The position numbers were made by a program, and so were the translations under genes. This document shows, piece by piece, positions 45,393 to 59,776 of a stretch of 64,000 bases of DNA. Every line of letters begins with the position of its first letter. Position 1 is the stretch's first letter. The notes beneath the pieces are model-generated. The model ran no database searches, was not told where the DNA came from, and was given only the letters and a program-made list of their open reading frames with translations. Origin of the DNA: the human T2T-CHM13v2.0 reference genome, Homo sapiens; NCBI RefSeq assembly GCF_009914755.1, contig NC_060938.1; one strand, written 5' to 3'.

Positions 45393-46208
45393 TCAATGTA
45401 CTTTATTTTTAATGCTTCATGACGTGTAGAGTGCCTGGTACTTTTTCTTAATTAACCAATTCAGGAAATATACCAAGGACTTAGTACATACTAGTCTCTG
45501 TGAATTATTCCAGGGACATAAGATGAAAAGTCTACTTTTGATGACCTCATATCCCTTAGAATTTTAATGAATATTTTTCATTTATGTAATTAGCACATTA
45601 TATTACTGCATGAGGTATTTCATTTTTCTGCATCCAACTGGCTCCCAGTGGTGGCCAGGGAGACAAAGTGAGAGACCATGACAGAGCATTGAATGTACGG
45701 AATCACTGTCTAAGAAAGTATTAGAGTTAATCAAGGTTTGCTTAATGTGTACATTAATGAAAATTTATTCATCGCTCAGAAATCCATAGAAAGACTTGTT
45801 CTAGGTATTGAAATTATTACTACGTTAAACTGAAATACATCAGTTAATTGCAGATACATCTGTAATAATAGTTTGACTCTTAAAATAATGAGCATATAAG
45901 TATGAATAAACAAAATAACATGGTAAGGAAATTAGATATACATTAATAGTTATTAGATATAAATTAATAAAAATATTTTTGGTGTCCTACACCAAGTTTT
46001 GTCATTAAAAATGTCCACCTTACACGTAAATGACTATATTCTGCAATTAAAAGAGACAGAAAACATTACAGCATTTTGTATTGTTATTTTTTCTTTAAGA
46101 GCAGAGTCAAGAATATGGTATTAGAGTTAGTATTTCCTAATAATTGTCATATTTCAAATCATATTCCCATGGTATTATCGGGTAGTATAGTTGTGTACAT
46201 GAAGTGGA

Positions 46209-46575
46209 TGTACAGCATAAGCTGCTATAACAAAATACCGTGGATTGAGTGGCTTAACAGACATTTCTCATAGTTCTGGAGGCTAAGATATTCAGGATCA
46301 AGGTGGTAATAAATTTGGTTCTAGGTGATGGCCGTCTTTCTGATTCGCATACATACATGTTACCTTCTCATTTTATCCTCACATTGGGAGAGAGGAAGGG
46401 AGCTCTGGCCTCTTTCTCTCCTCATAAAGACTCTAATTTCATTCTGAGGGCTCCATGCTCATGACCTCATCTAAACCTGATTGGCTTCCAAAGACTATGC
46501 CTCTATCACATTTCATGTTAGAGTTTCAACATACGGATGTAGGGGGTGGCAAATACAAACGTTCAGTCTATAACA
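46209..46575 (-). mobile_element. MLT1A0-like MaLR solo LTR
   Basis: GCTGCTATAACAAAATACC...CTCATGACCTCATCTAAACC...GTTCAGTCTATAACA. Confidence 0.9.
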
Positions 46576-49500
46576 AAGCACAAGGGCAATAAACATCCAG
46601 AGGATTTTTCTTGAACATCAATATTTTGTGAGACATTGACAGAAGCAGATAATAATCAGATAGCCAAGTAAATGAAAGGCACCAGCTTGGTCCTTGAATT
46701 TAGTGTTCAATGTAATGTTGAGATGGAAAGATGGCAGAATCAATCACAAAACACAGTATCGTAAACCACAATATTAATACTGTGATGCTTAGGATGTGGA
46801 TATACTAGGACCCATCTTGGAGTTTACCATTATTATGTTGCAGGAATCCCTTCTAACTTTCCCCTTCTCTTTTTTTCCCTCCCTCACATATCTCCTCTTA
46901 GAAACAAATTTCTCAGTCTACAGGAGAACATATCTAAAATGAATTAGTAAATACTTTTCAAATATTAAAGAGAAAGTGTTTGTTTGCAGTCTTGTTTTGC
47001 ATAAGTTTGCTAAAATGTTTTATAACTTTACAGACTGCTTAATTTGACTTTTTATTACTGTAATATTTTCACATTATCTGAATAATGTGATGAAATACAA
47101 AACTATATTCATGTATTAAATGTATTTCTCCTTCAGCTTATTATTTAATATATGCTTTATTATAGATTTCTAATCATATTTTCCCTGTATTTACATTTAC
47201 AAAACTTTAACATAAACAGAGTTTCTATGAGGACATTTGGAATATAGACTCTCAGCAAAATTCCTCCTTCACTAACTCCCTTTTGAGTCAATAGGAAACT
47301 ACCTAACGAAGGTAAAGCAGTTTAAAACCTCACATTTTGTACATATTAGGATTTTCTGTGAAGTGATACATCTACATTTGATTTTTTATGTAAATGAATA
47401 TAATCCACGTATTGAAAGTATACCTGTGGGTTTTCATGATGCAAATTCATGTAATATTTGAGATCTTTAAGACCATACTTATTGTTTAACTAATTCTTGG
47501 GTACATCTTTTGAAACTATTAGCTGTGAAATTTACAGGTGTTTCTAAACACCGTCTTTCAACACTGAGGAATATCTGAGACATGCTGTGAGAAACTTCAT
47601 TTCACATGGTTGCTTTGAAATGAACACTACAGGCATTTATTAAATATAAAATATGGAAAGAGAACTTTCAAAAACTATAGTTGAAGGACATAATGGAATT
47701 TAGTACACTTAACTGCTCTAGGTGATGAGTGTGAAACTTAATTTGTGCTAATCAGTGTGAGGTGAAGAGAGCACAAATTAATTTGACATGCAGATTTCGT
47801 ACTTCAGTAATGATGCTGAAAATATTTGGGGCCCAAAGAAAGACAGCATATTCATCTCATTTGTCAGTGGAATATATTATGTCCTGCCTGTAGCAACATT
47901 GTACATATCTTCATTGAGGCTGAATGAAGTAAAATCTCTAATCTAGTCCTTTTGATATTTTTGATAATAAACTGATAAGGAAAAAATGATGTCTTGCCTC
48001 CCAAAGCTCATCACACCACAGTGTGGGATGGAGGGAATGACACACTGAATCCTGAGAAGCTACAGAAACAGCTGCACCTTGTTGAGCAGTTGTCTTTAAA
48101 TTAAACAAAACCTTGAGTCTTTTGTCACTACTTCCTGAGTTTTTAGTGAAAGCAAAGATATCCTTGACTTCTATACATCTGATATCTGCAAATATGATGT
48201 TTGACGAAACTTATTTTTCCATAATGAACAGACCATTACGTTAGTAATTGTGTGTGTGTTTATGTTATTAAAAGTTACTGTGTGCTATCTTCAGAGTACC
48301 TTACAAAATATTGCAAATATTTTATTAATGCTTCTGTTTTCGCTTTCAAAAATATATTGAGTTAATAAACTGGGGCGAAAACAGAGCTACCTAACATAAT
48401 GCCTGTTCAGTTAAAAACTATTTACTCTAGTAGTTCTTGAAAATTTGTATTATATTTTTGACAATGTCTCCTTTTGTTCCAGTGTGATGACTTTTTCAGT
48501 TAAAGGACAATAAATTAATATTCTGTAAAAAGTGATACTTTGACATTTTAATTTCAGGCAAAGATACACTCAATAATTTACATGACAAAACAGTTCTTAG
48601 AAAAATTATGGAAAAATTTGAATTATGTTCCATGTTTGGATGAACCCAACTGTTTTGCTTTAGTATGTATGCCAAGTAAAAGGGATGAAAATAGAGCATC
48701 TTATTTGACTTTGCATCTCTTGTGTACATGAGCTATTTCTATGTGTTTCAATGTGCTCTTGTGATTTATTGCCTTTTATTTTTCTCTAAATGTATTAAGT
48801 GGAGTTTGAGTGCAGAGTAACCCCAAAACCCAGGAAGGGTGACAAATTGCAAATGAAAATGGCGCAGTAAAATAATGCACCATCAAAATAATGATTGTTT
48901 CTCATATCTTTCCCATCAGTATTCAGTCTTCCTTCTTAAGATTAATAAACCTATTTGTTTGCTCCTTATATAAACATGTCTTCTTGTCATTTGACACGTT
49001 TTTATGCCTATGGATTTTTTTTTATACGTATGAACTTTTCGCGTAGCTGTGGGGTTTCCAGCGATGAATTAAGGCTATTAAAGGAATGAGTTAATTCCAA
49101 TGCTCATAGTGGAAAGATTTTTAAATTCCTTTTTATCTTGAATCAGGCTCTGATTCAGTCTGAATGAGCCGTTATGAAGAATTTGCCAATATATGTCCAT
49201 GCTTTTTTGTCATGAAATTATTGAGATATATACATCACTTTTGATTAGCCAAACTGAAGGAAGAATAGAACTTAAATATGCTTCAGTAGATGCTTTATAT
49301 CCTTTTGCTTTTTAAAGTCAGGATGCCTTACGAGTAGTTAAAGGGGAAGCTTAAAAGAAAAATTTGAATTGAGGCATCAAAGTTTTATGCTTACACTTTT
49401 CCTCTCCAGACTAGCACTTGTTCTCTCAATGCAGCAGCACTTACAGAAGGTAGTTTCAACTGTCAGGACACTGTCTCTTTGCTTATAATGGCTGAGATAA

Positions 49501-49889
49501 TTTTGAAAAAGCCAATGGCACTATACCATGTTCCATAGGTGATGAGGTACATCAGAGCTAAAAGACACAGTTATTTCTTCAAAAGAGTTTTGTGAACTTG
49601 TGGTATAAAGATTGACATAGACAGTGTTATGGCTTTACAATGTGAAATTTATATGTACAATGTACAATTAGTTGTGCTTATCAGTTTCATTGCCACAAAA
49701 ATTTTCTCCTTGATTAAAGATTAAATGATACATTATGAATCTTCAGTAGGTGCAATTATTTGACTTTCAGAGTTAGCAAATTACGAAACTTAAACTTACT
49801 TGGGATCTTTAATGTCTTGGTAAAGTAATGTTATTGCATAAAAAGGGGTATAGGTTCTATCACAGTAATTTGGGGAGCATTAAAAAATA

Positions 49890-50090
49890 CCAAACATATA
49901 ATGAACAGTCATATATTCCAGACACAAGCAGATGTGCATTATTATCTAATTTTGTCCTTGCAAAAATATTACGATAGAAGTGTTATGCCCTTTCTATAAA
50001 TGAGAAAATGGAGGCTCACAATGATTAAGTTTATTGTGTAGTCTCCTACAGCTAATGTATTGTAGTGACATAGCCAAATTTATTGTTTTA
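49890..50090 (-). mobile_element. MIR remnant
   Basis: ATGAGAAAATGGAGGCTCAC core. Confidence 0.55.
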
Positions 50091-51849
50091 AATTTACTCT
50101 AGAGGCCTGATAACCACACACCATATTGTGTCTTCTAAGACTTGATCCAACTCTGCCATTAATGTTTCTTATGTAATTCTCTCAGGTGAAGCCTTCTTAT
50201 TTTCGTAAAATTTCTCATCTAGTTATCACCTACACAAAGGACCAAACCATCTATGAGATCAGATATTCAAAAATTACGATTAAACAGTCATCATGTGGAA
50301 GTAACCATGCAATGTGGTAGGGTGGGAGGGATAGATACATCAATAAATGAGACAAACAAGTTACCAGTCCAAGAAAATGTCAAGTATTAACTCTGTGTAG
50401 GAAGCTGATTTTTAATCATAGCCTCCTGTTTTTGTACCTTTTTCACTCCTTTACTGGATCGCTTTGACTGCATCAGGATTTTCATTTCCTTGATATATTC
50501 ATTTTCACATGATCTAGCCATACAGTCTTTATCTAGTTTCACATTTCTTATCCAGTACAATTTCTATAATTTGACATGTCAACAACTGTCTACTTAACTT
50601 CTTCGTTTCTCCTATTCTTTCCTTCTTTTTTTTTTGTTCTTTCCCTACTCATATCTAACCTTGGGCTAAAACAAACGCCTGCTTTCCAGAGAAGTATTAT
50701 ATGATGCTGTTTAAGTTATTAAAATCTATCATCTCTACTCTCATTTGGGCCTTTAGCATTCCTCAGTCATTTTTGTATTTCATATTTGTCTCTGATCAGC
50801 TCTTTCTTCCATGTTGCCATATAGCTATTGAAAACATTATTGCTTTTCTCATAATCTCTTCTACTCCTCAAAATAATTAATTATTTCCCTACTTGGCTTT
50901 CAGAAAACACAATAAATATAATGTATAAATTTCTCAACAATGTGCTCCAACATCAGTGACATTTTTTATTTTTTTCATTTCCTATTTTCTTCCTGCTCTG
51001 CAAATTTTAGAGGAAACACTGTCCTTCTTTCAATCTGCTTATGCTATAACTCTATGATCTTCTTTCTGTCCGTTGGACTTTACCCATCCATTATGTAACT
51101 TTTTTCTCCTAAACCAGTACACGAGCTTGTGCCACTCTCAAAAAAATAAATAATAATAATAATAATGAAATCCTCAACAATTATTCCCATCTCATTTTGG
51201 TCTTTTTTTCCTTCATTTTTCCCTGAAATTAAATGTAACTGGGAAGGAGTATTGGTTGAGTGACCTTAGTGCCTGAGGCTATGGAGTGCTGCAAGCCAGA
51301 TGCTTCTGTTGTCACTGCAGGGTGGAGGCTGTTAGGTTAAGCAGAAACTTGTATCTGCTGGCTGGCGCCCACCTCCCCTGGGCAATGCTGGAGAAAAACA
51401 GAGCAACGCTTGCTTTTTGGCTGACCTTTTAATAACCACACTCCTTCCTCACAGAACACACCCCTCTATAGTTTCAAACTTCACTACGCTAACTTAGGTA
51501 ATATTCCTAAATGTCTAGGCTCATGTATTTATAGATCATCGACTTATTTGCGTTGACACATAACTATTCTTCTGTATAAAAACTATTTTCATTCATACTG
51601 GTACTGATAGTTCTAGATTATTCATTCGTGTAGCTATCGACTATGAAATTACTTGTACATACAAATATTTATTTACCAAATTTCCTGACAGATGTTTCAG
51701 ATATTTAAGATCACAATCTCTCTCTCACAAGCTATCCAATTGTGAAGATTCTTATTAATGAACTCTTGTATTAAACATCAACTTTCACTGTAGATTTCTA
51801 TTTGTAGATACTCTCTTTTCCCTTCAGCTACTCTGAGTCTGCCAGTATA

Positions 51850-53072
51850 GTAATACTAGCCTAGATATATATTCTGTTTACCTGTGTATGTTTCAAATCT
51901 AATATTTTATGTTTTTATTCAATTATGCAAAATTTCCAGTCATTATTTCTATAAATAATTCTTTTTCTCAAATTTTCTTTTCTCCTTAGAACCCTAAAAG
52001 CCTTTCTTTAGATCTTCTCATTATTTTCTCGATGTTTTTGATGTCTTTTTAAATTTGTTGATTGATACCTCAATTCTAAATTTTAGAAAATGCTTCAGAT
52101 TTATTCTAGTTGTTATTTTCAGTTGTATCTATTCTACCGTTACATAGCTTTTCAACTTAGAATGTTTAAAGTAATATCGTTTCATGTCTAGATTTATATT
52201 TTGCTTCTCTTGGAAGTTTGAAAATTGAAAGCCTCTATCTTGCTGTCTTCTTTCTGAATGATGAGGATTTTTATTTTAAAAAACATTATATCTAAAAAAT
52301 TCTGATATACCTTTGATTATATTAGCCCTTTTCATTCTCTCTGCATCATGGATGACAGATGGGATTTCTAGACCTTTTCTCTGTAAATCTTGACTTTTCT
52401 TTTTCATTATGTTAATCACTGATTTTTTCCATCTTGTTTTTCAGAAACTGCCATTTGAATTTTCTAAGTTACTAATTCTATTCAGCTGCATCTATAGTTT
52501 TTATATTAAAATGACTTTATATTTTTATTTTCAAAGTTCATAATCATTTATTTTGTAGCTACAATTTTATAAATGCAATGTTCTTTTTTAAGCGATTAGT
52601 TGTATTATATACAGTTTTTTAAAAATTGTATTATTGTTCTAAAGAGTTTTTCCTCCGTTAGCACTTCTGACTATTGATTTTCATGTAACTCTAATAATAA
52701 TACTTCTAAAATTTTGGTTGTATAGTCATCTTGTTTTTTAAGCTCTCCACTCTCAGTTCTCTGAAGCCATACTAGTTTCTTGAAACCTGTCTCAAAGGGT
52801 CATGGAGAACAGTGAGAGATGCTGCCAGATGCTAGAACTCTGAATCCTGGGCTTAAAACCTCATTGCTCTTCCCAACTCTTGCTAGTAGCCTGTCTCTGG
52901 CAGCAATGCTAAAACCATTGCTTCATCCTCAACCTAAGGGTTTCTGTTGCCAGTCCCTAAGAAACATGTTTAAAAGGGGCTGAGCTACCCTGCTCATCTG
53001 ACATTCTCACCCTCTAGTTTGCTGATATTACTTTGTTTGCTTATTTGTATTTCAGGTTTATTACAGATTTAT

Positions 53073-53118
<46 letters not shown>

Positions 53119-53210
53119 TACATACACATACACACACACACACATATAGTTTTGAAGCTACAGACTAAGAGTGGGAGTTACTCATTTGTATTCATTTCGC
53201 CATTTTAATC
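51850..53210 (-). mobile_element. Very old L1ME-like ORF1/5' remnants
   Basis: T-rich degenerate blocks (AAATTTCCAGTCATTATTTCT, TTCAGCTGCATCTA); weak. Confidence 0.4.
53073..53148 (+). repeat. Compound (TA)n(CA)n microsatellite
   Basis: Direct reading. Confidence 0.95.
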
Positions 53211-55659
53211 TGCTCTTTGTGTGTTTTCAAGATATTGCTAAGGATACTTAAACAGTCATTTGTTGCTATAACATCATTTATTTTGTTTCTACTAAGACCA
53301 CTTAAAATGTCTCTTAATTTCTAAAGGTTCTTTAACCCACCTTTCTTTACTTTGAGCCTTATGACTTGTGGATTCTTGTAGCTCAATTATGTTTTAGTTA
53401 GTTTGTTTTACTTTTACTTCTAACTCTCTAGTGTCATTTATTTCTTTTTTCCTCAGAAGTTTTTCTCAACATTTTTCTCTATGTTAATAAATAATAAAAG
53501 TTCTCTGAATTTAATTCTTCAATTGGTCATCATTATTTTTTTCATGCTCAATAATCACCTTTGATGATCTCCTCCATAGATATGAATTACCACCTTAATG
53601 TAGATCTTATTGTCTAGTACAGCTTAAACTCAATATATTACAGTACTCTATATTATTATTCATTAATTCTGAAAATCAATTTAAATATAATTGTATAATT
53701 ACATAACAACTTTCCAATTCCTAAACTTGTGTTCATATTATAGACACTGAGATTGTGAGAATTTCTCTATATAACAGCATATCCACAAAAAGATAAAAGT
53801 ATCTGAGGAGTGTTATAACAGTATCTGAGGAGTTTATGAGAACTAAGTTTTGTTTGGGGACGAATACTGACTTACCTACAGACTGGGAAATTGCCAAATA
53901 TTTCTGTTCTTCAGTTTCCATAATGGAAATGGCTCTTACAATATTTCAGTCAAAAATATCTACAACAACCATGGTTATCAGTAGTAAATATCATTTTAAA
54001 TAGCAAAATCCAGGCCTTATTTTGATCTTACTGAACTTCACTAGAAGGAAACAGTAATTTGAAGACACAGGTGTAATATAGGTAATGCATTGCTACACAT
54101 ATTTGTGTATGACAGATGCCTCCTTGATGGTATTGTTCTCTTATCCAAAACACCATCAAAGGCATTCTTCACAAATGGCCCTGTATTCCTTGTATATAAT
54201 CCGTGCAACTGAGCAAAATACTTTGGGTAGGATTTTCAGGGACAGAGCATTGGTATTCTTTTTATGAGGGACGCTCTCCTTTCCTTTCTTAGTCTGTGGT
54301 TTTCTCTTCTCTCTCATCATAAGCTGTTTGCAATTTCTTTGGGCAGTGAGCCATTCTGATGTGGTGTATAATTTGTTTTGTTCAGTGGTTTCTTATTATG
54401 CATAGATGAAGTGCCTTTTTTATCGCTCATTTAAATTATTGTTTTCCTCTGGTGATGGATTTTTGCAGCTTCTGTGTTTACTTTATTACTTGTGACTAAG
54501 GCATGCTTTCCTATCGGGAGCCCAGCAGAGGTTTGTGTTTAGTATTACTTCATCATCATTCAGCACTACACTCCCAGCAACATCACTAGGCAAAGAAAGA
54601 GACAAGTAGTCTATAGGTTAAATAGCTTCTGCGAAATAACTCCTACTTTCCTTATAGCCTCAGCCTGCATTACAAATGATTTTAGACCTTTACAACCTAT
54701 ATTAACATAGTTAATTTACTTCCTATGTCAAATATTTCATGTGGTTATGCTTTTGCCTTGAACAAAAAGAGGGAAGCAATAAAATGACATGAGCATTTTC
54801 TTCCCATTCTTTCTTTCCAATTTCAAATATGGATGTAAAATATTTATGGAATATAAAAATTCATCCCTGAAGACTTAAGTGAGTGAATAAGCTATAGCCA
54901 GACCTTGGAAATTTCTGTAAATTGACTGAATCACTTGCGTCACTCACAAAAATAATAACAATATTTTTTTAAAGGCAGAAAGAAAGAGAAAGAAGATTAA
55001 AAAAAAATTGCTGGCTTATGTTTTTGTAGTTGTAATTCCTCTCAAATTTCTTCTTAGTTAATTCCAGTGGGCCCAAATTTTATTCTTCACTCATAAAATT
55101 AAAGAATTATAAATTAGTTTTAAGTGGTTTTGAATTTCATTCCTGTTCTTCAGATAGAACCACTTGGAAATTCTCATGGAACATAAAGGTATTCTGCTTG
55201 CTCAGAAACTCCGAGGGAAAAATGCCACTTCTCTTCTTAGTAACCATTTTACATCTATTACTTCTTACTAACTATATTTTCTAAGGCATAAGTAAAGTCC
55301 TGCTAATAATTTAGGTCTATTTATTTTGTTCATTCAAAAGCAAATATAACACAATTCTTTTCAGCAAGTCACATTTGAGTCAGACACTGATCTTGTCAAC
55401 ATAAAATATTTTAACCCTCTAAGAAAGATAAACTGACTAATTGAACAACTGTGGAAAGTAACCCATGGCAAACAATACACACAAAGTCGTCTCCTTGTTA
55501 AGAGAAAATGTTCAATTTTGTTCAATCAGAGGGGAAAGAACAGATTTTGGAGATGAACTAAAGCTGAAGAAATATCAGTCCTGCAAACTTATATAAAATT
55601 CAGGGCATTGGAAGACATTGTTTAAGATTTTACATGCCAGAAGAAAAAACTTGAAGTTT

Positions 55660-55860
55660 ATTCTCGAATTAGAAGACCCAAAGCTTGTTTGAATCCAAGT
55701 TCTTGTTAATCTACAGAAATCTAAGTCTCAGTTTCTCATCTATAAAATAATGATAACAACATGTAGATTTCAACATCCGTGTGAGGGTAAAGTGAGATAG
55801 AATATACAAAGTGTTCACCATATCTCTCGGCACACATAAAATGCTCAGTAAAGTAAAGCT
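55660..55860 (+). mobile_element. MIR remnant
   Basis: CTCAGTTTCTCATCTATAAAAT...GTGAGGGTAAAGTGAGATA...ATGCTCAGTAAA. Confidence 0.65.
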
Positions 55861-56639
55861 GATATCAATGATGGTAATTATAATAATGTGTTATGCTGAC
55901 AATAGAAAGTCATCAAGAAATTTTGAGCAGTGGAGTATGACTATAGCTACATTTCAAAAATTCTAATCCAGGGATAGTGTGTAAATGTAATTAATTAATG
56001 GAGACATGAGAAGTAAGATTAGTTTTATGAACAATAATATTTATTTTAAATAAATATAAATAATAAATATTAAAACATGGTTAAAATATTTGTTTAAATA
56101 GGCATAAATAATAAATAAATAAATTTTAAAACTACCAACTTAACCAAGGATCTCCACAATGGCGAAGAATGGATGTGGAGAAGATTATGGAGACAATATT
56201 AGGTCATAGAAAAAATTTATTATGTAAGCATAGTGATATTTTATATAATTAGTTTTTGATGCAGTTTTTAAAATCCAGTTCTTTTGTTTAATGCTCATTC
56301 TAACTCAATATTTGATCGTTCTTGTAAACTCTTGCCATGTTTCTCTTGTATTATGCATTGGAGTATTTAAAACGTTCATCTCAATTTCCATAAGACTTTT
56401 CATAGATTGGCAGACGGTAAGTAATAATTGAGTAGCTGAGTTTCACAAAATTTAATTAATTTAGGACACATATTACTATTAAGCAGATGAGAATACATTA
56501 TAATTTTACTTTGGTTCCATTCTTTCAATAAATAGATATTTCTAGTATCTGCATGGCAAGGAGAATTCATTCTGGAAAATTCTTCTACAAATGAGTATAT
56601 TAAACTTTGGGGATTTTGGTAAATGTATTTCATAGCAGT

Positions 56640-56850
56640 TGAGAATTTGTATTCTGGAGTCAAATGGACCTATCTTCAATTTAGAGACTGCCATTTACTG
56701 TATATATAACCATGGATCAATTATCTTGTCATCTAAGTCTTAGTTTATTAATCTTTAAATTACAGGAAATGGAAGTACTGAACTTATAGGATTGGTGTGA
56801 GCATAAAATAATATACAATTTTATCATATCGCCTGTTAAACAAGTATACA
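56640..56850 (+). mobile_element. MIR remnant
   Basis: CTGGAGTCAAATGGACCT...ACTGCCATTTACTG...ATAGGATTGGTGTGAG. Confidence 0.55.
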
Positions 56851-59776
56851 ATATTATAATTATCATGAACACTAAGCTTCAAATGATAGCAGCTAATCTT
56901 CTTACGTTGTATCTGAATTGCTCATGGTCTTATTTCCCCCTATTTACTTCATTCTTCACCACTAATTTACAAAGGATGAGAAGCAAATTAAGTTTTGTGA
57001 TGTCAAGATTTTTTTGTAAAAAAACTCAACTAGAAGAGCATATGTTATGTGTTGTCAAGATCCAGGATTGTTGAAGAATTGTTCAGCTATCCAGAGTTCA
57101 TCAGTCAAATTTCTTCCATATTAGTGGCTAGGGAAGGAGTTAGCTTCCAAGTAATCTTGGATTCAACAGTAAAGAAGTGATATTTTCAGACATGAACTCA
57201 GCTAACTTTGAATTCAACTCTTATTCTGTGTCCTGAGGACAAAGTATGAAATCATTGTTATTGTTTTGAAATTTGTTGCTTTTCTTTCTCCTCTGACTGT
57301 TCAAGTATCATTACCAGTTTGGTTTCTAGTTAATCTCCTCCCAAGAAATCTTGTGCCAAATGTTGTATGCAAATCATCAGAGAGATATAAGGTGGGAGGG
57401 ACCTACGAACAGATCTGTACCTAAACAACATCAGGCACATGGTAGCAACTTCATTATGACCTTTGGTGGTCGCATCTTGTAAACTCTTTTACAAGGGTTT
57501 CTTTTGTACTCATTTTTCCTTGCCATCTGAAAGTTATGTCTAGCCTTGATCTCTCTAGCTGCTCTTGAAGCTAATTTGATCTTATTATTTCCATTGTAGA
57601 GATCAAGAACATCTGGTTATCATACCCTGCTTACTAGCCCTTTACACGTTTGAAGACTATTAATACATTACCACTAGATTTTCTTTAGTACAAGCTGAAT
57701 TATTTCAAATCCTTCAATCTTACTGTTACTCAAATAAACTATTTAGCAACTTCTTAATTATTTTTGTGCCTCGGGCATAGCCTCTTGTTTATTTCTCCAA
57801 ACTCATTTAAAGTTAGAAACTTTAAAAATAATGTCTTTTTCTAAACATGATAGTCATCACTGATGAACATGTAGAGAAATTAGCTTATACTCCAGAAAAA
57901 TTTTAAACTGTGACCTAGAATATGCTGTATCAACTCCAGCATAATTCTTCTCAGTATGTGATTTAAAAAAATTTCCTACTTCTATTATTTCCTCAGTTCC
58001 TAATTCCATAAGCTTCAATCTGTACAGAGACTTAATGAATGGCACATTTGAAGAAAAGAACTATTTAGCTGAAAATCTTAAATGTTCATACTAATGTATA
58101 AATTTTATAATATGCAATCCTAGACAATGGAATAGAAAAATTATGCACACTCATTAGAGGTTCGGGTTAAAAAAGATACTTGAATTAAATATAAAAGCAT
58201 TTCTGAGTAAATCTCACTTTGTTTTTCTGCTCACTCCAAGTCTTACCTTTGAGATTGTTCACAGAATCCTGTACTTTATAGAATTTAGAACAGTTTGGAA
58301 TTTTGTATTTCTTTGTGTAGTTAACATTTAATCTCCCACCAAACTTTAAGTTTCATGAGGGTAAGTAGGGACCTTGTGCATTTTTCTTAGAATTAATATC
58401 TGGTATATAGTAGATAATCTAGAAATGTTTATTGTGTAAATGAATAATATGTAATTTGCGATTGAACCTGAATACATGTGCAATTGCTACGTTCCTAAGT
58501 CTGAAAGCCCATTTTATTTATTTGATTAAAAATATGATTAAAAGGAAAATACTGCCTAGAGACAGGATATATTAAATCGTTACTGAAATTACATGTATTA
58601 ACTCAAATTTATTGACCTATTGTCAAGAACAAAACAAAGACTTTAGAATTGGGACATAGCAGAGGTCTGTTTTGATGAATATGTTGTTGGAACAGAGGTT
58701 TGGGAAGATGGGAAATCAGTGATCCTTTCCTATGTTAGATTCTGTAGCAGGAAAATATAGATAGCTAGCCAGATACCTCATCTGTGAAATGCCTTCTCTC
58801 TTTGGAGTAAATGGATCTGGAGGGTTTTAGAGACGGGGTGAGCACTATAGAGCTGGTGAATACAGGTAAAACTTTGGTATAAAAATATTGTAAGTGTGAA
58901 TGGCTTTTTGTCAAACAGTCAACACCAAGACTTTAAAAATAATTATTCTATAACAATGTATCTGCTTATAGTAACTTTTCTATGACAAATATCCAAATGA
59001 AAAGTTCAAAATCTGTATCAGTAGAGAGTAATTTTCTTCACTTTCTAATCTTTTACAAGAATTCTACACATCTTTTCTTGTTTATGTTTTCTTTCTACAG
59101 GCTATATATGCAATTTCCAGCAACGTCCTTATAGTAACAAAAGTATGCTGTAAAAATTTTGTAATATAAGACATATTAATAAAAACAACTAAAGATATGA
59201 GACCCTAGATTCCTAATCTTTATGCATTGCAATGAATGGGAATATTCTTAATGTATAAAATATGCATTCTTATTAAAATATGCATGCATACATTTATATG
59301 CAAATAGTTTGGTCAAAGCTGTCACTGATGCTTTGTGACCTTGAACACATCTCTGACCTTTCCTGTGTTTTAGTTTTCTAATCAGAAAACTGGTTTTAGA
59401 AATATTGTTTTAAAACTTTACAGGTTGGAACATGCATGATCTTTGCTTCTCCCTATCGTTTAACACCTGTGTAAAATGGCATTGTGTTCACTAGCTACTT
59501 CCATGGGAATATCTCCACTACTGTGTCTATGTTTCTATTATCAGCACACAAGAATAGGTTCTTACATTATACATGAGACTGCAGCATTGTTGCCGGTCAT
59601 TCTCCTCCCTCCTTCCATGATTGCCTTTCTCTATTCATATCACTGCTGCCAACTCAGTTTTATGACCCATTACTTCTCTTCCAAATTGCCTTGTTAAGGA
59701 ACTTGTAATAGTCCATTATTACTATCACATTGCATCTATTGTTTTTTGTATTGAAACTTCTTTTGGAAGCAAATAC

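Noticed and set aside
47722-47819. C/D-box snoRNA (GTGATGA ... CTGA)
   Set aside because: No terminal stem flanking the boxes and no recognisable rRNA/snRNA antisense element
53798-53833. 14-bp direct repeat AGTATCTGAGGAGT, period 22
   Set aside because: A single local tandem duplication; no array
56030-56130. Extremely AT-rich tract
   Set aside because: Low-complexity sequence with no defined unit or structure
59070-59110. Strong acceptor TTTTCTTTCTACAG|G (similar at ~61776)
   Set aside because: No matching strong donor nearby; such sites are common by chance in T-rich DNA
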